Shown: positions 20,067 through 31,961 of the stretch, in pieces | Layout of the letters: every line of letters begins with the position of its first letter | Numbering within the stretch: the first letter of the stretch is position 1 | From: Deltaproteobacteria bacterium | Lineage (GTDB): Bacteria > CG2-30-53-67 | Assembly (NCBI GenBank): GCA_013151235.1 | Contig: JAADIO010000002.1 | Coordinates: forward strand, 62,001-105,368 | Reading direction: 5' to 3' | Length of the DNA stretch: 43,368 nucleotides | Made by a program: the position numbers and the translations under genes | The notes under the pieces: generated by a model | Seen by the model: only the letters and a program-made list of their open reading frames with translations | Database searches by the model: none | What the model was told of the DNA's origin: nothing

Positions 20067-21239
20067 TTACAGGATCTTACGAATTCTCTCCGCCGCTTCC
20101 GCCAGCCGTTCCTTTGAGACCGTCAATGCAAAGCGGACATACCCTTCCCCGGAAGGACCGAACCCGTTGCCGGGCGTGACGGCGACCCCGGCCTTTTCAA
20201 GGAGGAGCTTTGTAAAGGAGGTGGAGTTGTGTCCCGAAGGAACGGGGAGCCACAGATAGAAGGTCGCTGTCGGCGGATCACAGGTCAGGCCCGACTGCCG
20301 CAACCCGGCGATGAGAGTGTCCCGCCGCTCCTGATAGAGGTTCCGCATCCCTTCCACAGCGGACTGGTCCCCGCCGAGGGCCTCGATCCCGGCTTCCTGG
20401 ACGGCCTGGAAGATTCCGGAGTCGAGATTGGTCTTGATCTTCCCGAGGCCGGCAATGACCGGGGCGGCGCCGCAGACGAAACCGATCCGCCAGCCCGTCA
20501 TATTGTAGGTCTTGGAGAGGGAATGAAACTCGACGCCGACATCTTTTGCGCCCTCCACTTCGAGAAAGCCGAGAGGTCTTTTCCCGTCATAATACATTTC
20601 CGTATAGGCCGCATCGTGACAGACGATGATCTCCCGTTCCCGGGCGAAACGGACCACCTTTTCGAAAAAAGATCTTGAGGCTACGGCGGCGGTTGGATTG
20701 TTGGGATAGTTGAGAAAGAGGAGCCGCGCCCGTTCGGTAATTTCAGAGGGGATCCGATCGAGATCGGGAAGGAAACCGTTCTCCCGCAACAGCGGCATCC
20801 GGTAGGGTTCCCCTCCGGCCAGGAGGGTCGCGATCTCGTAGACGGGATACCCCGGCTCTGGAACGAGAACGACATCTCCGGGGTTGATGAAGGCAAACGG
20901 GATGTGACCGATCCCCTCCTTGGATCCGATGAGCGAGAGGATTTCACAGGCGGGATCGAGGGAGACGTTGAACCGGCGGGCATACCATCCCGCCACGGCC
21001 TCCCGGAAAGAAGACATCCCCTGATAAGAGGGATACTGATGGTTTTCGGGACGGTCGATGGCCCGATGCATGGCATCGAGAATATTCTGCGGTGTGGGCT
21101 GATCGGGGTCCCCGATCCCGAGCGGGATTACGTCAACCCCCTTGTCAATCTCGGCCTGCTTGAGCCGGTCGAGTTCCGCAAAGAGATAGGGAGGGAGTCC
21201 CTTCAGCCGATTCGCGATCTGAAATTGCCTTTCCGTCAC
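20067..21239 (-). CDS. dapL: LL-diaminopimelate aminotransferase (class I/II PLP aminotransferase)
   Basis: LPPYLFA, LGIGDPD, LIGSKEGI, NYPNNPT, HDAAY, SLSKTYNMTGWRIG; directly follows dapB. Confidence 0.85.
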   Translation of the reverse strand: MTERQFQIANRLKGLPPYLFAELDRLKQAEIDKGVDVIPLGIGDPDQPTPQNILDAMHRAIDRPENHQYPSYQGMSSFREAVAGWYARRFNVSLDPACEILSLIGSKEGIGHIPFAFINPGDVVLVPEPGYPVYEIATLLAGGEPYRMPLLRENGFLPDLDRIPSEITERARLLFLNYPNNPTAAVASRSFFEKVVRFAREREIIVCHDAAYTEMYYDGKRPLGFLEVEGAKDVGVEFHSLSKTYNMTGWRIGFVCGAAPVIAGLGKIKTNLDSGIFQAVQEAGIEALGGDQSAVEGMRNLYQERRDTLIAGLRQSGLTCDPPTATFYLWLPVPSGHNSTSFTKLLLEKAGVAVTPGNGFGPSGEGYVRFALTVSKERLAEAAERIRKIL

Positions 21240-21263
21240 AGTTTCTCCTTGTTGTGAGCCATG

Positions 21264-22064
21264 CTACATTTCCAGTACATCCAGCATGGAATAGAGTCCC
21301 GCCGGTTTTCCGACGATCCATTTGGCCGCCCGGACGGCGCCCCGGGCGAAGGTATCCCGGCTGGAGGCCGAATGCACGATTTCAACCCGTTCGCCGATGC
21401 CGCAGAACATGACCCTGTGGTCTCCGACGATGTCGCCTCCCCGGACAGCGTGCATGCCGATCTCCTCTTTCGTCCGCGCCCCCGCCAGCCCGTGACGTCC
21501 ATGGACACAGGCGGTTTCAGGATTCCGGTGGAGGGCCTTTGCGATGACCTCCGCCAACTTCACGGCCGTACCGGAAGGGGCGTCTTTTTTGAAACGGTGA
21601 TGGGCTTCGAGAATTTCCACATCGTAGTCCGGTCCGAGGGCCGCGGCGATTTCAGGGAGGATCTTGAAGAGGAGATTGACACCCACGCTCATGTTCGGAG
21701 CCAGCAGGTGAGGGGTCTTTGCTGCGGCGTCCCGGAAGAGAGCGATTTGGTCGTCTGAAAATCCCGTGGTCCCGATCACCATGGAGATTCCGGCCCGGCT
21801 CACCTTGCGAAACAAAGGAAGGGTAGCTTCGGGCAGGGTGAAGTCGATGAATACATCACAGCCGGAAAGAAGATCCTCGACGTTTGTGGACAGCGGGATG
21901 CCCTGGGTCCCGATACCGATCAGTTCCCCGATGTCCTTGCCGGCATCGGGATGATCCGTACGCTCCAGTGCGCCGGAAAGACGGATCCCTTCCTCGTCCT
22001 GCAACAGCCGGATGATCCGTTGTCCCATTCGTCCGGTCGCTCCCGTCACAACGGCATGAATCAT
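21264..22064 (-). CDS. dapB: 4-hydroxy-tetrahydrodipicolinate reductase
   Basis: GATGRMG, IDFT, VIGTTG, EAHHRFKKDAPSGTA, RGGDIVGDH. Confidence 0.97.
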   Translation of the reverse strand: MIHAVVTGATGRMGQRIIRLLQDEEGIRLSGALERTDHPDAGKDIGELIGIGTQGIPLSTNVEDLLSGCDVFIDFTLPEATLPLFRKVSRAGISMVIGTTGFSDDQIALFRDAAAKTPHLLAPNMSVGVNLLFKILPEIAAALGPDYDVEILEAHHRFKKDAPSGTAVKLAEVIAKALHRNPETACVHGRHGLAGARTKEEIGMHAVRGGDIVGDHRVMFCGIGERVEIVHSASSRDTFARGAVRAAKWIVGKPAGLYSMLDVLEM

Positions 22065-22065
22065 C

Positions 22066-23325
22066 TCAGGACTCCTTTTCCCGCCGGATTGCGGCGCCCA
22101 AGCCTTGGAATTTTTCTTCCATTCTTTCGTATCCCCGGTCTAAATGGTAGACCCGGGAAATGATCGTCCGACCTTGCGCGGCGAGTCCCGCAAGGATGAG
22201 TGAAGCGCTGGCCCGAAGATCGGTGGCCATGACGGGAGCCCCGTTCAATCGGTGTACGCCCCGCACGATGGCGCTGTTCCCCTGGACCTTGATGTCGGCG
22301 CCCATGCGCCGCAGTTCCGCGACATGCATGAAACGGTTCTCGAAAACCGACTCGGTAATAACGCTTGTTCCTTCCGCCAGGGTCATGAGGGCCATGAACT
22401 GGGCCTGCATATCCGTGGCGAAGGCGGGATACCCGCCGGTTTTTACGTCGACCGCCCGGAGCCGTCCCGAAGGCAGAACCCGAAGCTCATCCGGGCCGAC
22501 CTCCATCATGACGCCCGTTTCCAGCAGCTTCTCCGTCACTGCCTCCAGGTGTGCCGGACGACAACCGGAAAGGGTGACATTCCCTCCGGTGATGGCGCCG
22601 GCCGTGAGAAACGTCCCCGCCTCGATCCGGTCGGGCATGACGCTGTAATCCATTCCGCCGAGGGTTTCGACCCCTTCGATTTCAATCCGGTCGGTTCCGG
22701 CACCCTCGATCCGGGCACCCATGGAACCGAGGGCATCGGCCAGTTCCCGGACCTCCGGTTCACAGGCGGCATTTTCAATCAGCGTCGTCCCCCGGGCCAG
22801 GGTTGCGGCCATCATCAGGTTCATCGTTCCCGTAACGGTGGGGAGATCGAGATAGATCCGTGTGCCCTCTAATCGTTTACTCGATGCGCAGACATACCCC
22901 TTTTCGATGCGGAGGCTGGCACCGAGTTTTTCCAGTCCCATGAGGTGGAGGTTGATCGGTCGGGCGCCGATGGCGCACCCCCCCGGAAGGGAGACATCGG
23001 CCCGCCCGAACCGGGCGATCAGGGGACCCAGGACCAGCACGGAAGCCCGCATGGTTCGGACCACCTCGTAGGGGGCTTCAAATCCGGTAATCTTCGTCGG
23101 GTCGAGGCGCCAGGTGCCGGAAGGGGTCTTGTCGATTTCGACACCGAGTCCTTTGAGAAGCCGCTCCATGGTTGTGACATCTCGAAGATCCGGCACGTTG
23201 GAAAGGGAGCAAAGTTCCTGCGAAAGGAGGGACGCGGCCAGGATCGGAAGAGCGGCATTCTTGGCGCCGCTGATACGCACCGTACCCTGCAACGGAATCC
23301 CACCCTCAATGATGATTCGTTCCAT
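22066..23325 (-). CDS. murA: UDP-N-acetylglucosamine 1-carboxyvinyltransferase
   Basis: [49 protein letters not shown]. Confidence 0.97.
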   Translation of the reverse strand: MERIIIEGGIPLQGTVRISGAKNAALPILAASLLSQELCSLSNVPDLRDVTTMERLLKGLGVEIDKTPSGTWRLDPTKITGFEAPYEVVRTMRASVLVLGPLIARFGRADVSLPGGCAIGARPINLHLMGLEKLGASLRIEKGYVCASSKRLEGTRIYLDLPTVTGTMNLMMAATLARGTTLIENAACEPEVRELADALGSMGARIEGAGTDRIEIEGVETLGGMDYSVMPDRIEAGTFLTAGAITGGNVTLSGCRPAHLEAVTEKLLETGVMMEVGPDELRVLPSGRLRAVDVKTGGYPAFATDMQAQFMALMTLAEGTSVITESVFENRFMHVAELRRMGADIKVQGNSAIVRGVHRLNGAPVMATDLRASASLILAGLAAQGRTIISRVYHLDRGYERMEEKFQGLGAAIRREKES

Positions 23326-23400
23326 CCGTTCTTCCCCTCCGGTCCGGTCCTGTCCGAAGGGGACGCCTGGAGCAGGACCGGGGATCTTTTACGAGAGTGC

Positions 23401-23655
23401 TCAGGCCTCGGCAAAGGGAAGCAGTGCTATATTCCGCGCCTGTTTGATGGCGGTCGTGACCCTCCGCTGATGAGGAGCGCAATTCCCGGAGATCCTGCGG
23501 GGAATGATCTTGCCCCGTTCGGTGACGAAATTACGCAGGAGCTTGATATCCTTGTAGTCGATCACCTCGATCTTGTTTTCACAGAAACGACAGATCTTTT
23601 TCCGGAAAAATACTTTCTTCTTTTTTCTGCCTTTTTTTCGATCTCGCGGTCTCAT
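23401..23655 (-). CDS. rpsR: 30S ribosomal protein S18 (zinc-motif type)
   Basis: [36 protein letters not shown]. Confidence 0.97.
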   Translation of the reverse strand: MRPRDRKKGRKKKKVFFRKKICRFCENKIEVIDYKDIKLLRNFVTERGKIIPRRISGNCAPHQRRVTTAIKQARNIALLPFAEA

Positions 23656-23658
23656 GTT

Positions 23659-25729
<2,071 letters not shown>

Positions 25730-25790
25730 AAATTCTTCACTTATGTTATAGAGGAATCATTGATATTATATTTTGCGAGAGGAGACCCGT

Positions 25791-26285
25791 ATGACGCAGA
25801 AATTTACCGGACAGGAGATTGTAGAGATTGCCATCCGGATCGAGAAGAACGGCGAGAAGCTCTACCGGACGCTGGCCGAGCAGACCGGATACATAACGGT
25901 GAAAAACGCCTTCAATGCCCTGGCCAATGAAGAGGAGAAGCACATTGCCTCTTTCGACCGGATCCGGGAGATCATCGGCGGCTTCACGCCGCCGGAAGCC
26001 TATCCCGGCGAATACGCCCTCTACCTCGAAGCCCTGGTGGAAGAGAATGTTTTTGCCAAACAGGACCTCTTCAGGGAATTGGCCGGCAAGGCGGCAACCG
26101 TTCAGGAGGCCCTCGACCTTGCGATCCGGTTTGAAAAGGAGACCCTGATCTTTCTGCACGGCATACGGGACGCCATGGAGCATGACGACATGCCCGTCCT
26201 CAACGAACTGATCATGCAGGAAAAAGAGCATGTACTGAAACTCTCGGAGATCAAAAAGACCCTGAAAATAAAGGAGGCGGAATAG
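25791..26285 (+). CDS. Ferritin-like / rubrerythrin family protein
   Basis: AIRIEKNG..Y, EEEKH, AIRFEKET, QEKEH diiron motifs; no rubredoxin domain. Confidence 0.85.
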   Translation: MTQKFTGQEIVEIAIRIEKNGEKLYRTLAEQTGYITVKNAFNALANEEEKHIASFDRIREIIGGFTPPEAYPGEYALYLEALVEENVFAKQDLFRELAGKAATVQEALDLAIRFEKETLIFLHGIRDAMEHDDMPVLNELIMQEKEHVLKLSEIKKTLKIKEAE

Positions 26286-26295
26286 ATTTTTTTCC

Positions 26296-26324
26296 TTGCT
26301 TTTATGTACACCCTGTGCTAAAAG
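26296..26324 (+). promoter_or_regulatory. Putative cold-shock gene promoter
   Basis: TTGCTT-N14-TGC-TAAAAG, about 150 nt upstream of the csp ATG; a long 5' UTR is typical of csp genes. Confidence 0.5.
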
Positions 26325-26477
26325 GAAATTCAGGATGTAAGAGTGGCTGCATCTTTCGTGTGAATCAGGTAAAACATTTCGCACACCTGCAAGAAAGGGT
26401 TCGGACTTACCTGTAGGCCGTTAGAAACAGCTCGGTGGCACAAAAGTTTCATTACGGGGGTAAAGGAGAAAAGAGTT

Positions 26478-26678
26478 ATGTCAGAAGGTACGGTAAAATG
26501 GTTCAACGATTCAAAAGGTTTTGGTTTTATCGAGCAGGAAAACGGCCCGGATGTGTTTGTACATTTTTCCGCCATTCAGGATGAAGGATTCAAGTCTCTG
26601 AATGAGGGGGAAAAGGTTCAATTCGATATTGTCGACGGCCAGAAAGGCCCCCAGGCGGCAAACGTCGTTAAGCTTTAA
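26478..26678 (+). CDS. Cold-shock protein (CspA family)
   Basis: [15 protein letters not shown] (RNP1), DVFVHFSAI (RNP2), KGPQAANV. Confidence 0.97.
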   Translation: MSEGTVKWFNDSKGFGFIEQENGPDVFVHFSAIQDEGFKSLNEGEKVQFDIVDGQKGPQAANVVKL

Positions 26679-26707
26679 TTCCTCATCTGTTCCCGAAAAA
26701 CAATACA

Positions 26708-26742
26708 GGCCCCATGGATTCAACCTCCAAGGGGCTTTTTTT
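26708..26742 (+). terminator. Rho-independent terminator after csp
   Basis: GCCCCATGGA..TCCAAGGGGC stem followed by T7. Confidence 0.7.
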
Positions 26743-26967
26743 GTGTTTACATCCTTGAAGTATCAGCATCGGTTTTTTGGAGTTCCATGTTTGATCGGTC
26801 CCGTTAATCGTTGGATGCGGTTTGCTTTATATGTGCATATTCGTATTTTTTAATCATAATTGTGATATAGATCCTATGCAGAGCAGGAAGACTCCTCTAT
26901 ACTCGCATCAAGTTTGATGGTTGTTCACAGTTTGTCAAATCATTTATCACGCAAGAAGGAGGTTTCA

Positions 26968-28644
26968 ATGAGTATGTTCTGTTATCAATGCGAACAGGCG
27001 GCACAGGGAAAAGGGTGTGAAAAGGTGGGGGTCTGCGGCAAGGATCCGAAGGTCGCCGCCCTGCAGGATCTGATGATCTACCAGGCAAAGGGGATCGGAT
27101 GGCTTGCCCATCATGCACGGGGATTGGGCGAGAAGAACGAAGGGGTTGATCGTTATATCGCCAAGGCCCTTTTCACCACCGTCACCAATGTAGATTTCGA
27201 TCCCGACCGTCTGGCACAATGGATTCGGGAAGGCGGACGGATCCGCAGGATTGCCGCCGATCTTTACCGGGAGGCGGAACGGAAATCGGGCGGAAAGGTC
27301 AATGAAACGGCGTGGCCGGCGCCCGCGCTCTATGAACCGGCGGAGTCGATCGAGGTCCTCCTTAACGAAGCCGGGAATCTTGAAGGAGTAGGTGTCACAA
27401 ACGGCGCCGATGAAGATATCCGTTCCCTCCGGGAACTCCTGATCTACGGCCTCAAGGGGATGGCGGCCTACGTCGATCATGCGGCCCTCCTCGGCAAGGA
27501 AGAGGATTCCGTTTACGCCTTTTTTCACAAGGCCTTATCCGCCGTTTGTGCTCCGGACATTGCCATGGAGGCCCTTTTGGGGCTCAACATGGAGTGCGGC
27601 ACCATGAATCTTACGGCCATGGAACTCCTTGACGCCGGGCACACGGAACGCTTCGGCCACCCCGAACCGACACCGGTCCGGACGGGGCTGAAGAAGGGAC
27701 CGGCCATCATTATCACCGGCCATGACCTTGTCGATCTCGAAGCGCTCCTGAAGCAGACGGAAGGGACAGGCATCAATATATACACCCACGGAGAGATGCT
27801 CCCGGCACATGGATATCCGGGCCTCAGGAAATATACACATCTGGCCGGTCACTTCGGCACGGCCTGGCAGAACCAGCGGAAGGAATTCGACGGGATCCCC
27901 GCTGCGATCCTCTTTACCACCAACTGCATCCAGAAACCGAAGGAAAGCTACATGGACCGGGTCTACACCACCGGTCTTGTCGCCTGGCCGGGGATCACCC
28001 ACGTGAAGAGAACGGACTTCTCCGCCGTCATCGAGAAAGCAAAGGCCCTTGGGGGTTCCGCCGAGGACCAGGGAGGGACAACCCTCACCACCGGTTTCGC
28101 CCGCAATGCCGTCCTCTCCGTCGCCGACAAGGTCGTCGGGGCGGTCAAGAGTGGGGCGATCAAGCACTTCTTCCTCGTCGGCGGCTGCGACGGCGCCAAA
28201 CCGGGGCGGAACTATTACACCGAATTTGTCGAGAAGGCTCCGAAGGATACGGTGATCCTGACCCTTGCCTGCGGGAAGTTCCGCTTCAACCATCTCGACC
28301 TGGGCGACATCGGCGGGATTCCCCGGCTTCTCGATATCGGCCAGTGCAACGACGCCTACTCTGCGATCAAGATCGCTTCAGCCCTCGCGGAGGCCTTCGA
28401 CTGCGGCGTCAACGACCTGCCTCTCTCCTTCATTCTCTCCTGGTACGAGCAGAAGGCCGTGGTCATCCTGCTTTCGCTCCTGGCCCTCGGGATCAAGGGG
28501 ATCCGGATCGGACCGACCCTTCCGGCCTTTCTCTCCCCCAACGTCGTCAACTACCTGGTGGAAAACTTCGACGTCAAACCGATTTCCACCCCCTGTCTCG
28601 ACCTGGCGGAGATCATGGAAGAGAAAGTTTGCACGGAGGCGTAA
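26968..28644 (+). CDS. hcp: Hybrid cluster protein (hydroxylamine reductase)
   Basis: MFCYQCEQ..GC..VGVCGK, TGHDL, YTHGEMLPAH, TTNC, GGCDG, LACGK, GQCNDAY, LSWYEQKA. Confidence 0.97.
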   Translation: MSMFCYQCEQAAQGKGCEKVGVCGKDPKVAALQDLMIYQAKGIGWLAHHARGLGEKNEGVDRYIAKALFTTVTNVDFDPDRLAQWIREGGRIRRIAADLYREAERKSGGKVNETAWPAPALYEPAESIEVLLNEAGNLEGVGVTNGADEDIRSLRELLIYGLKGMAAYVDHAALLGKEEDSVYAFFHKALSAVCAPDIAMEALLGLNMECGTMNLTAMELLDAGHTERFGHPEPTPVRTGLKKGPAIIITGHDLVDLEALLKQTEGTGINIYTHGEMLPAHGYPGLRKYTHLAGHFGTAWQNQRKEFDGIPAAILFTTNCIQKPKESYMDRVYTTGLVAWPGITHVKRTDFSAVIEKAKALGGSAEDQGGTTLTTGFARNAVLSVADKVVGAVKSGAIKHFFLVGGCDGAKPGRNYYTEFVEKAPKDTVILTLACGKFRFNHLDLGDIGGIPRLLDIGQCNDAYSAIKIASALAEAFDCGVNDLPLSFILSWYEQKAVVILLSLLALGIKGIRIGPTLPAFLSPNVVNYLVENFDVKPISTPCLDLAEIMEEKVCTEA

Positions 28645-28667
28645 CCTCTCCAGGTGTGTAAAACAAG

Positions 28668-28701
28668 AAGGATCGGTGCAGATCATGCACCGATCCTTTT
28701 T
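28668..28701 (+). terminator. Rho-independent terminator after hcp
   Basis: 13-bp perfect stem AAGGATCGGTGCA/TGCACCGATCCTT, 5-nt loop, T-rich tail. Confidence 0.8.
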
Positions 28702-28836
28702 ATTTGGGACGATGAACGCGGGGATGCCGATGGCATATCCCCTGATAACCATTGCGATGGGTGTCAGTCGCAGGACGGTGAATGAACCCTGTACCGGGAG
28801 GCACGGAGAACAGAATAATGTAAGGCCGGGCGGGAT

Positions 28837-29058
28837 TCAAACCTTTTCCAACCTTTCAGCAATCCAGATCTTGATGATCGACTGTCGAGGCACGCCAAGT
28901 CGTTTCGCTTCCTTGTCCAGGCGATGAATCATCCATACCGGAAAGTCCACATTGACCCTCTTCTGATTCTGGCCGGGTCTCCTCGCTTTTGACAGATCAA
29001 GGAATTTCGTAATATCTTCCCCGGAATCAAACTTTTGATCCAGATCCTTAGCTTTCAT
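28837..29058 (-). CDS. BrnA-like / CopG-type (ribbon-helix-helix) antitoxin
   Basis: KFDSGEDI..LDLSKARRP..KRVNVDFPVWMI..LDKEAKRLGVPRQSIIKIWIAERL; overlaps the upstream toxin stop. Confidence 0.85.
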   Translation of the reverse strand: MKAKDLDQKFDSGEDITKFLDLSKARRPGQNQKRVNVDFPVWMIHRLDKEAKRLGVPRQSIIKIWIAERLEKV

Positions 29059-29308
29059 AAATTTCAATCTCCTCTTTGCGGGATCGGCGCACGGAAATAA
29101 TCCTGACGCGTTCGTTTCGGTAAGTTATGATCGACGACCAGCATTTGCCGGAGATTCTACCGATGACCAAAAATCTTTCTTCGTCAATGGTTTTCGCAGG
29201 AATCTCGATTCGATCCGGGTCATTCCATAAAGTTTGAGCTTCAACAAAATCGATCCCGTGTTTCTTCTTGTTCATCCGGTTTTTTCGGTTATCGAATTCA
29301 AACTCCAT
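29048..29308 (-). CDS. BrnT family ribonuclease toxin
   Basis: MEFEFD..KN..NKKKHGIDF..A, EERFLVIG, RIISVRRSRKEE. Confidence 0.9.
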   Translation of the reverse strand: MEFEFDNRKNRMNKKKHGIDFVEAQTLWNDPDRIEIPAKTIDEERFLVIGRISGKCWSSIITYRNERVRIISVRRSRKEEIEIYES

Positions 29309-29311
29309 AAT

Positions 29312-29348
29312 GGTATATATAATATACTTAAATTATACTAAAAGTCAA
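29312..29348 (-). promoter_or_regulatory. Putative TA promoter/operator
   Basis: TTGACT followed after 16-18 nt by TATATT/TATTAT; imperfect inverted repeat GGTATA..TATACT overlaps it. Confidence 0.5.
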
Positions 29349-29367
29349 CCATTATGTTTGCTAACGT

Positions 29368-29403
29368 AACCAGCAAAAGGGGTCAACCAGCAAAAGGGGT
29401 CAA
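29368..29403 (+). repeat. 17-bp tandem duplication ending in a GGGGTCA REP-like motif
   Basis: AACCAGCAAAAGGGGTC occurs twice exactly (29368-29384, 29385-29401). Confidence 0.8.
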
Positions 29404-29516
29404 GTCTGCTCTTGGCTCTTATCCCAGTGCCTCTGTACAACGCTTCAACTTCTTGACCCGATTCAATTTTCCTGTTAGTTTTTCCTAATTATGTTGTCAA
29501 TGACAAGCAGAGAGGT

Positions 29517-29840
29517 ATGGCCATGTCGGATGATTGCCGGAAGGTTTCAGTGGTTATTGATGACCGGGAAGCCCGCAGCGGACTGCCTGAAATCCTCGGT
29601 TCTCTTGAAGAGGTGGAGGTCTCCTTCCGTCGCCTTCCGTTAGGAGATTATGTGGTCGATGGTCTGTTCCTTTTCGAGCGGAAGCGCCTCCCCGATTTTG
29701 CTGCTTCGATCCGGGACGGAAGACTTTTTCAGCAGACGGCACGACTGGCTCTATCGGAGAAACGGTCTGCACTGATCCTTGAAGGGCGGGGACGGGATCT
29801 TGCTGCGTGCGGGACAATTCTCAATTTCCCCCGGCTGTGA
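29517..29840 (+). pseudogene. Truncated ERCC4/XPF-type nuclease
   Basis: IDDRE..S, LPLGDY, ERK...DF..SI.DGRLFQQ, LILEG motifs; ORF ends 107 aa in with an unrelated tail and no HhH domain. Confidence 0.7.
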
Positions 29841-29853
29841 TATACTGACGGGC

Positions 29854-31932
29854 ATGAAGAAAGTCTATACGATCTGTCCCTACTGCGGGTGTGGGTGCGG
29901 TCTTTATCTGCATTTGTCCCACAACCGGATCACCGGCGTCTCCCCCAGCCGGGCGCATCCGGTCAACGGGGGAATGCTCTGCGTGAAGGGGTGGAACGCC
30001 CACGAATTCATTCACCATCCCGACCGGCTGGCCTCCCCCCTCCGGAAAACGGAACGGGGCCGGGTCCGGACCTCCTGGCGGGATGCGCTGAACCTGACCG
30101 CCTCCCGGCTCTCCGCCATTGCCGCTGAATACGGTCCCGATTCGATCGGTTTTCTCAGTTCCGCAAAGTGCAGCAATGAAGAAAACTATCTCATGATGAA
30201 ATTCGCCCGCGCGGTCATTGGGACGAACAACATCGATCACTGCGCCCGGCTATGCCATTCGTCCACCGTGGGCGGCCTCTCCGGAACCTTCGGCTCGGGC
30301 GCCATGACCAATTCCATTGCCGAGATTGATGAGGCAAAGACCCTCTTCGTGATCGGTTCCAACACGACCGAACAGCATCCCATGATCGGGATGCACATGC
30401 TCCGTGCCGTGGACCGGGGCGCGACCCTGATTGTTGCCGACCCGCGGAGGACCCAGATCGCCGAGTTTGCCCGGATTCATCTACGGCATCGGAGCGGGAC
30501 GGATATTGCCTTGCTGAACAGCATCATGAATGTGATCATCCTCGAAGGGCTGGTGGATATCGAATTCGTGAAGCGGCGCACGGAAAATTTTGATGGCCTG
30601 ATGAATGTTGTCAACTTTTACACGCCATCCGTCGGCGCCAAGGTCACCGGTGTTCCTGCGGGAATGATCCGCAAGGCGGCGCGGATCTTTGCGACGCAGC
30701 AGCGCTCCATGCTCTTCTATGCCATGGGGATCACCCAGCATATCTGCGGGGTGGACAATGTCCGGGCCTGTGCCAACCTGATCATGTTGACGGGTCATAT
30801 CGGGCAGCCTTTTTCCGGGTTGAACCCGTTGCGGGGGCAGAACAATGTGCAGGGGGCCTGCGACATGGGGGCGCTTCCCGATTTCTATTCGGGCTATCAG
30901 GAGGTGAGCGATCCCGCTGCGCGGCGGAAATTCTCCCGTGCCTGGGGAACCCCGCTTCCCGACCGGCCGGGGATGACCCTGACGGAGATGATCGATGCCA
31001 TGGCGGAGGGGAAGATCCGTGCCCTCTACGTGATGGGGGAGAACCCGCTCCTCTCCGATCCGGACCTGAACCACGTTCGGGAGGCGTTCAGCCGACTCGA
31101 TTTTCTGGTAGTCCAGGACATCTTTCTCTCCGAGACGGCAAAGATCGCCGATGTCGTCCTCCCCGCCGCGAGCTATGCGGAAAAAGACGGCACCTACACG
31201 AACACGGAGCGGCGCGTACAGAAGGCCGAGCAGGCGCTTTCACCCTTTGGGGAGAGCCTGCCGGACTGGCAGATCCTCTGTCAGCTTGCAAACCGCATGG
31301 GCTATCCCATGTCCTACCACGGGACCTACGAGATCATGGAGGAGATCGCCCTTTTGAGCCCCTCCTACGGCGGGATGCTTCACCACCGGCTCCATGAAAA
31401 TTTCGGGCTCCAGTGGCCCTGTCCCGACCTGAACCATAAGGGGACCCCTTACCTGCACCGGAAGAAGTTCGCCCGGGGTCTCGGTCGGTTCATCCCCGTG
31501 GAATTCATTCCGGCGGCCGAGCCGGTTGACGGAGATTATCCCCTGCTGCTGACGACCGGACGGATCTATTTCCATTATCATACCGGGACGATGTGCCGAC
31601 GGACCTCCACACTGGAACGGGAGGAGCCGGAATGTTTTGTTGAGATGAATCCTTCCGATGCCGAAGGTCGCGGCATCCGGAACGGACAAATCGTCCGGAT
31701 CACCTCCCGACGGGGCACCCTGACGGTCCGAACCTTCCTGACGGAGAAGACCCCGGCGGGAACGGTCTTCCTCCCCTTCCACTTCCGGGAAGCGGCGGCG
31801 AACCTTCTGACATGTGCCGCCACCGATCCCGAAGCGGGGATCCCGGAATTCAAGGTCTGTGCCGTCCGGGTGGAACCCCGGACCGCCGGTCGACATCCGG
31901 AAAAAGAACAGGAAAAGATTCTTCATCACTGA
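29854..31932 (+). CDS. fdhF: Formate dehydrogenase alpha subunit (FdhF-like, Cys-type Mo/W-bisPGD)
   Basis: CPYCGCGC..C 4Fe-4S motif, NNIDHCARLCH, GAMTNS, MGITQH, LRGQNNVQGACDMG, PEFKVCAV. Confidence 0.88.
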   Translation: MKKVYTICPYCGCGCGLYLHLSHNRITGVSPSRAHPVNGGMLCVKGWNAHEFIHHPDRLASPLRKTERGRVRTSWRDALNLTASRLSAIAAEYGPDSIGFLSSAKCSNEENYLMMKFARAVIGTNNIDHCARLCHSSTVGGLSGTFGSGAMTNSIAEIDEAKTLFVIGSNTTEQHPMIGMHMLRAVDRGATLIVADPRRTQIAEFARIHLRHRSGTDIALLNSIMNVIILEGLVDIEFVKRRTENFDGLMNVVNFYTPSVGAKVTGVPAGMIRKAARIFATQQRSMLFYAMGITQHICGVDNVRACANLIMLTGHIGQPFSGLNPLRGQNNVQGACDMGALPDFYSGYQEVSDPAARRKFSRAWGTPLPDRPGMTLTEMIDAMAEGKIRALYVMGENPLLSDPDLNHVREAFSRLDFLVVQDIFLSETAKIADVVLPAASYAEKDGTYTNTERRVQKAEQALSPFGESLPDWQILCQLANRMGYPMSYHGTYEIMEEIALLSPSYGGMLHHRLHENFGLQWPCPDLNHKGTPYLHRKKFARGLGRFIPVEFIPAAEPVDGDYPLLLTTGRIYFHYHTGTMCRRTSTLEREEPECFVEMNPSDAEGRGIRNGQIVRITSRRGTLTVRTFLTEKTPAGTVFLPFHFREAAANLLTCAATDPEAGIPEFKVCAVRVEPRTAGRHPEKEQEKILHH

Positions 31933-31961
31933 CGGCTTTGTCGTCACGGAGCAACCGAAAC

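Noticed and set aside
26860-26930. HcpR/Crp-Fnr box upstream of hcp
   Set aside because: TGTGA-N6-TCCTA has a poor right half and TTTGA..TCACA has 7-nt spacing; too weak to call.
28815-29370. Integron cassette (attC) around the BrnTA pair
   Set aside because: Only degenerate GTAAGGC and GCTAAC core-like words; no complete attC palindrome and no integrase.
30226-30260. Selenocysteine in the formate dehydrogenase
   Set aside because: The active-site codon is TGC (CARLCH) and the frame has no internal TGA.
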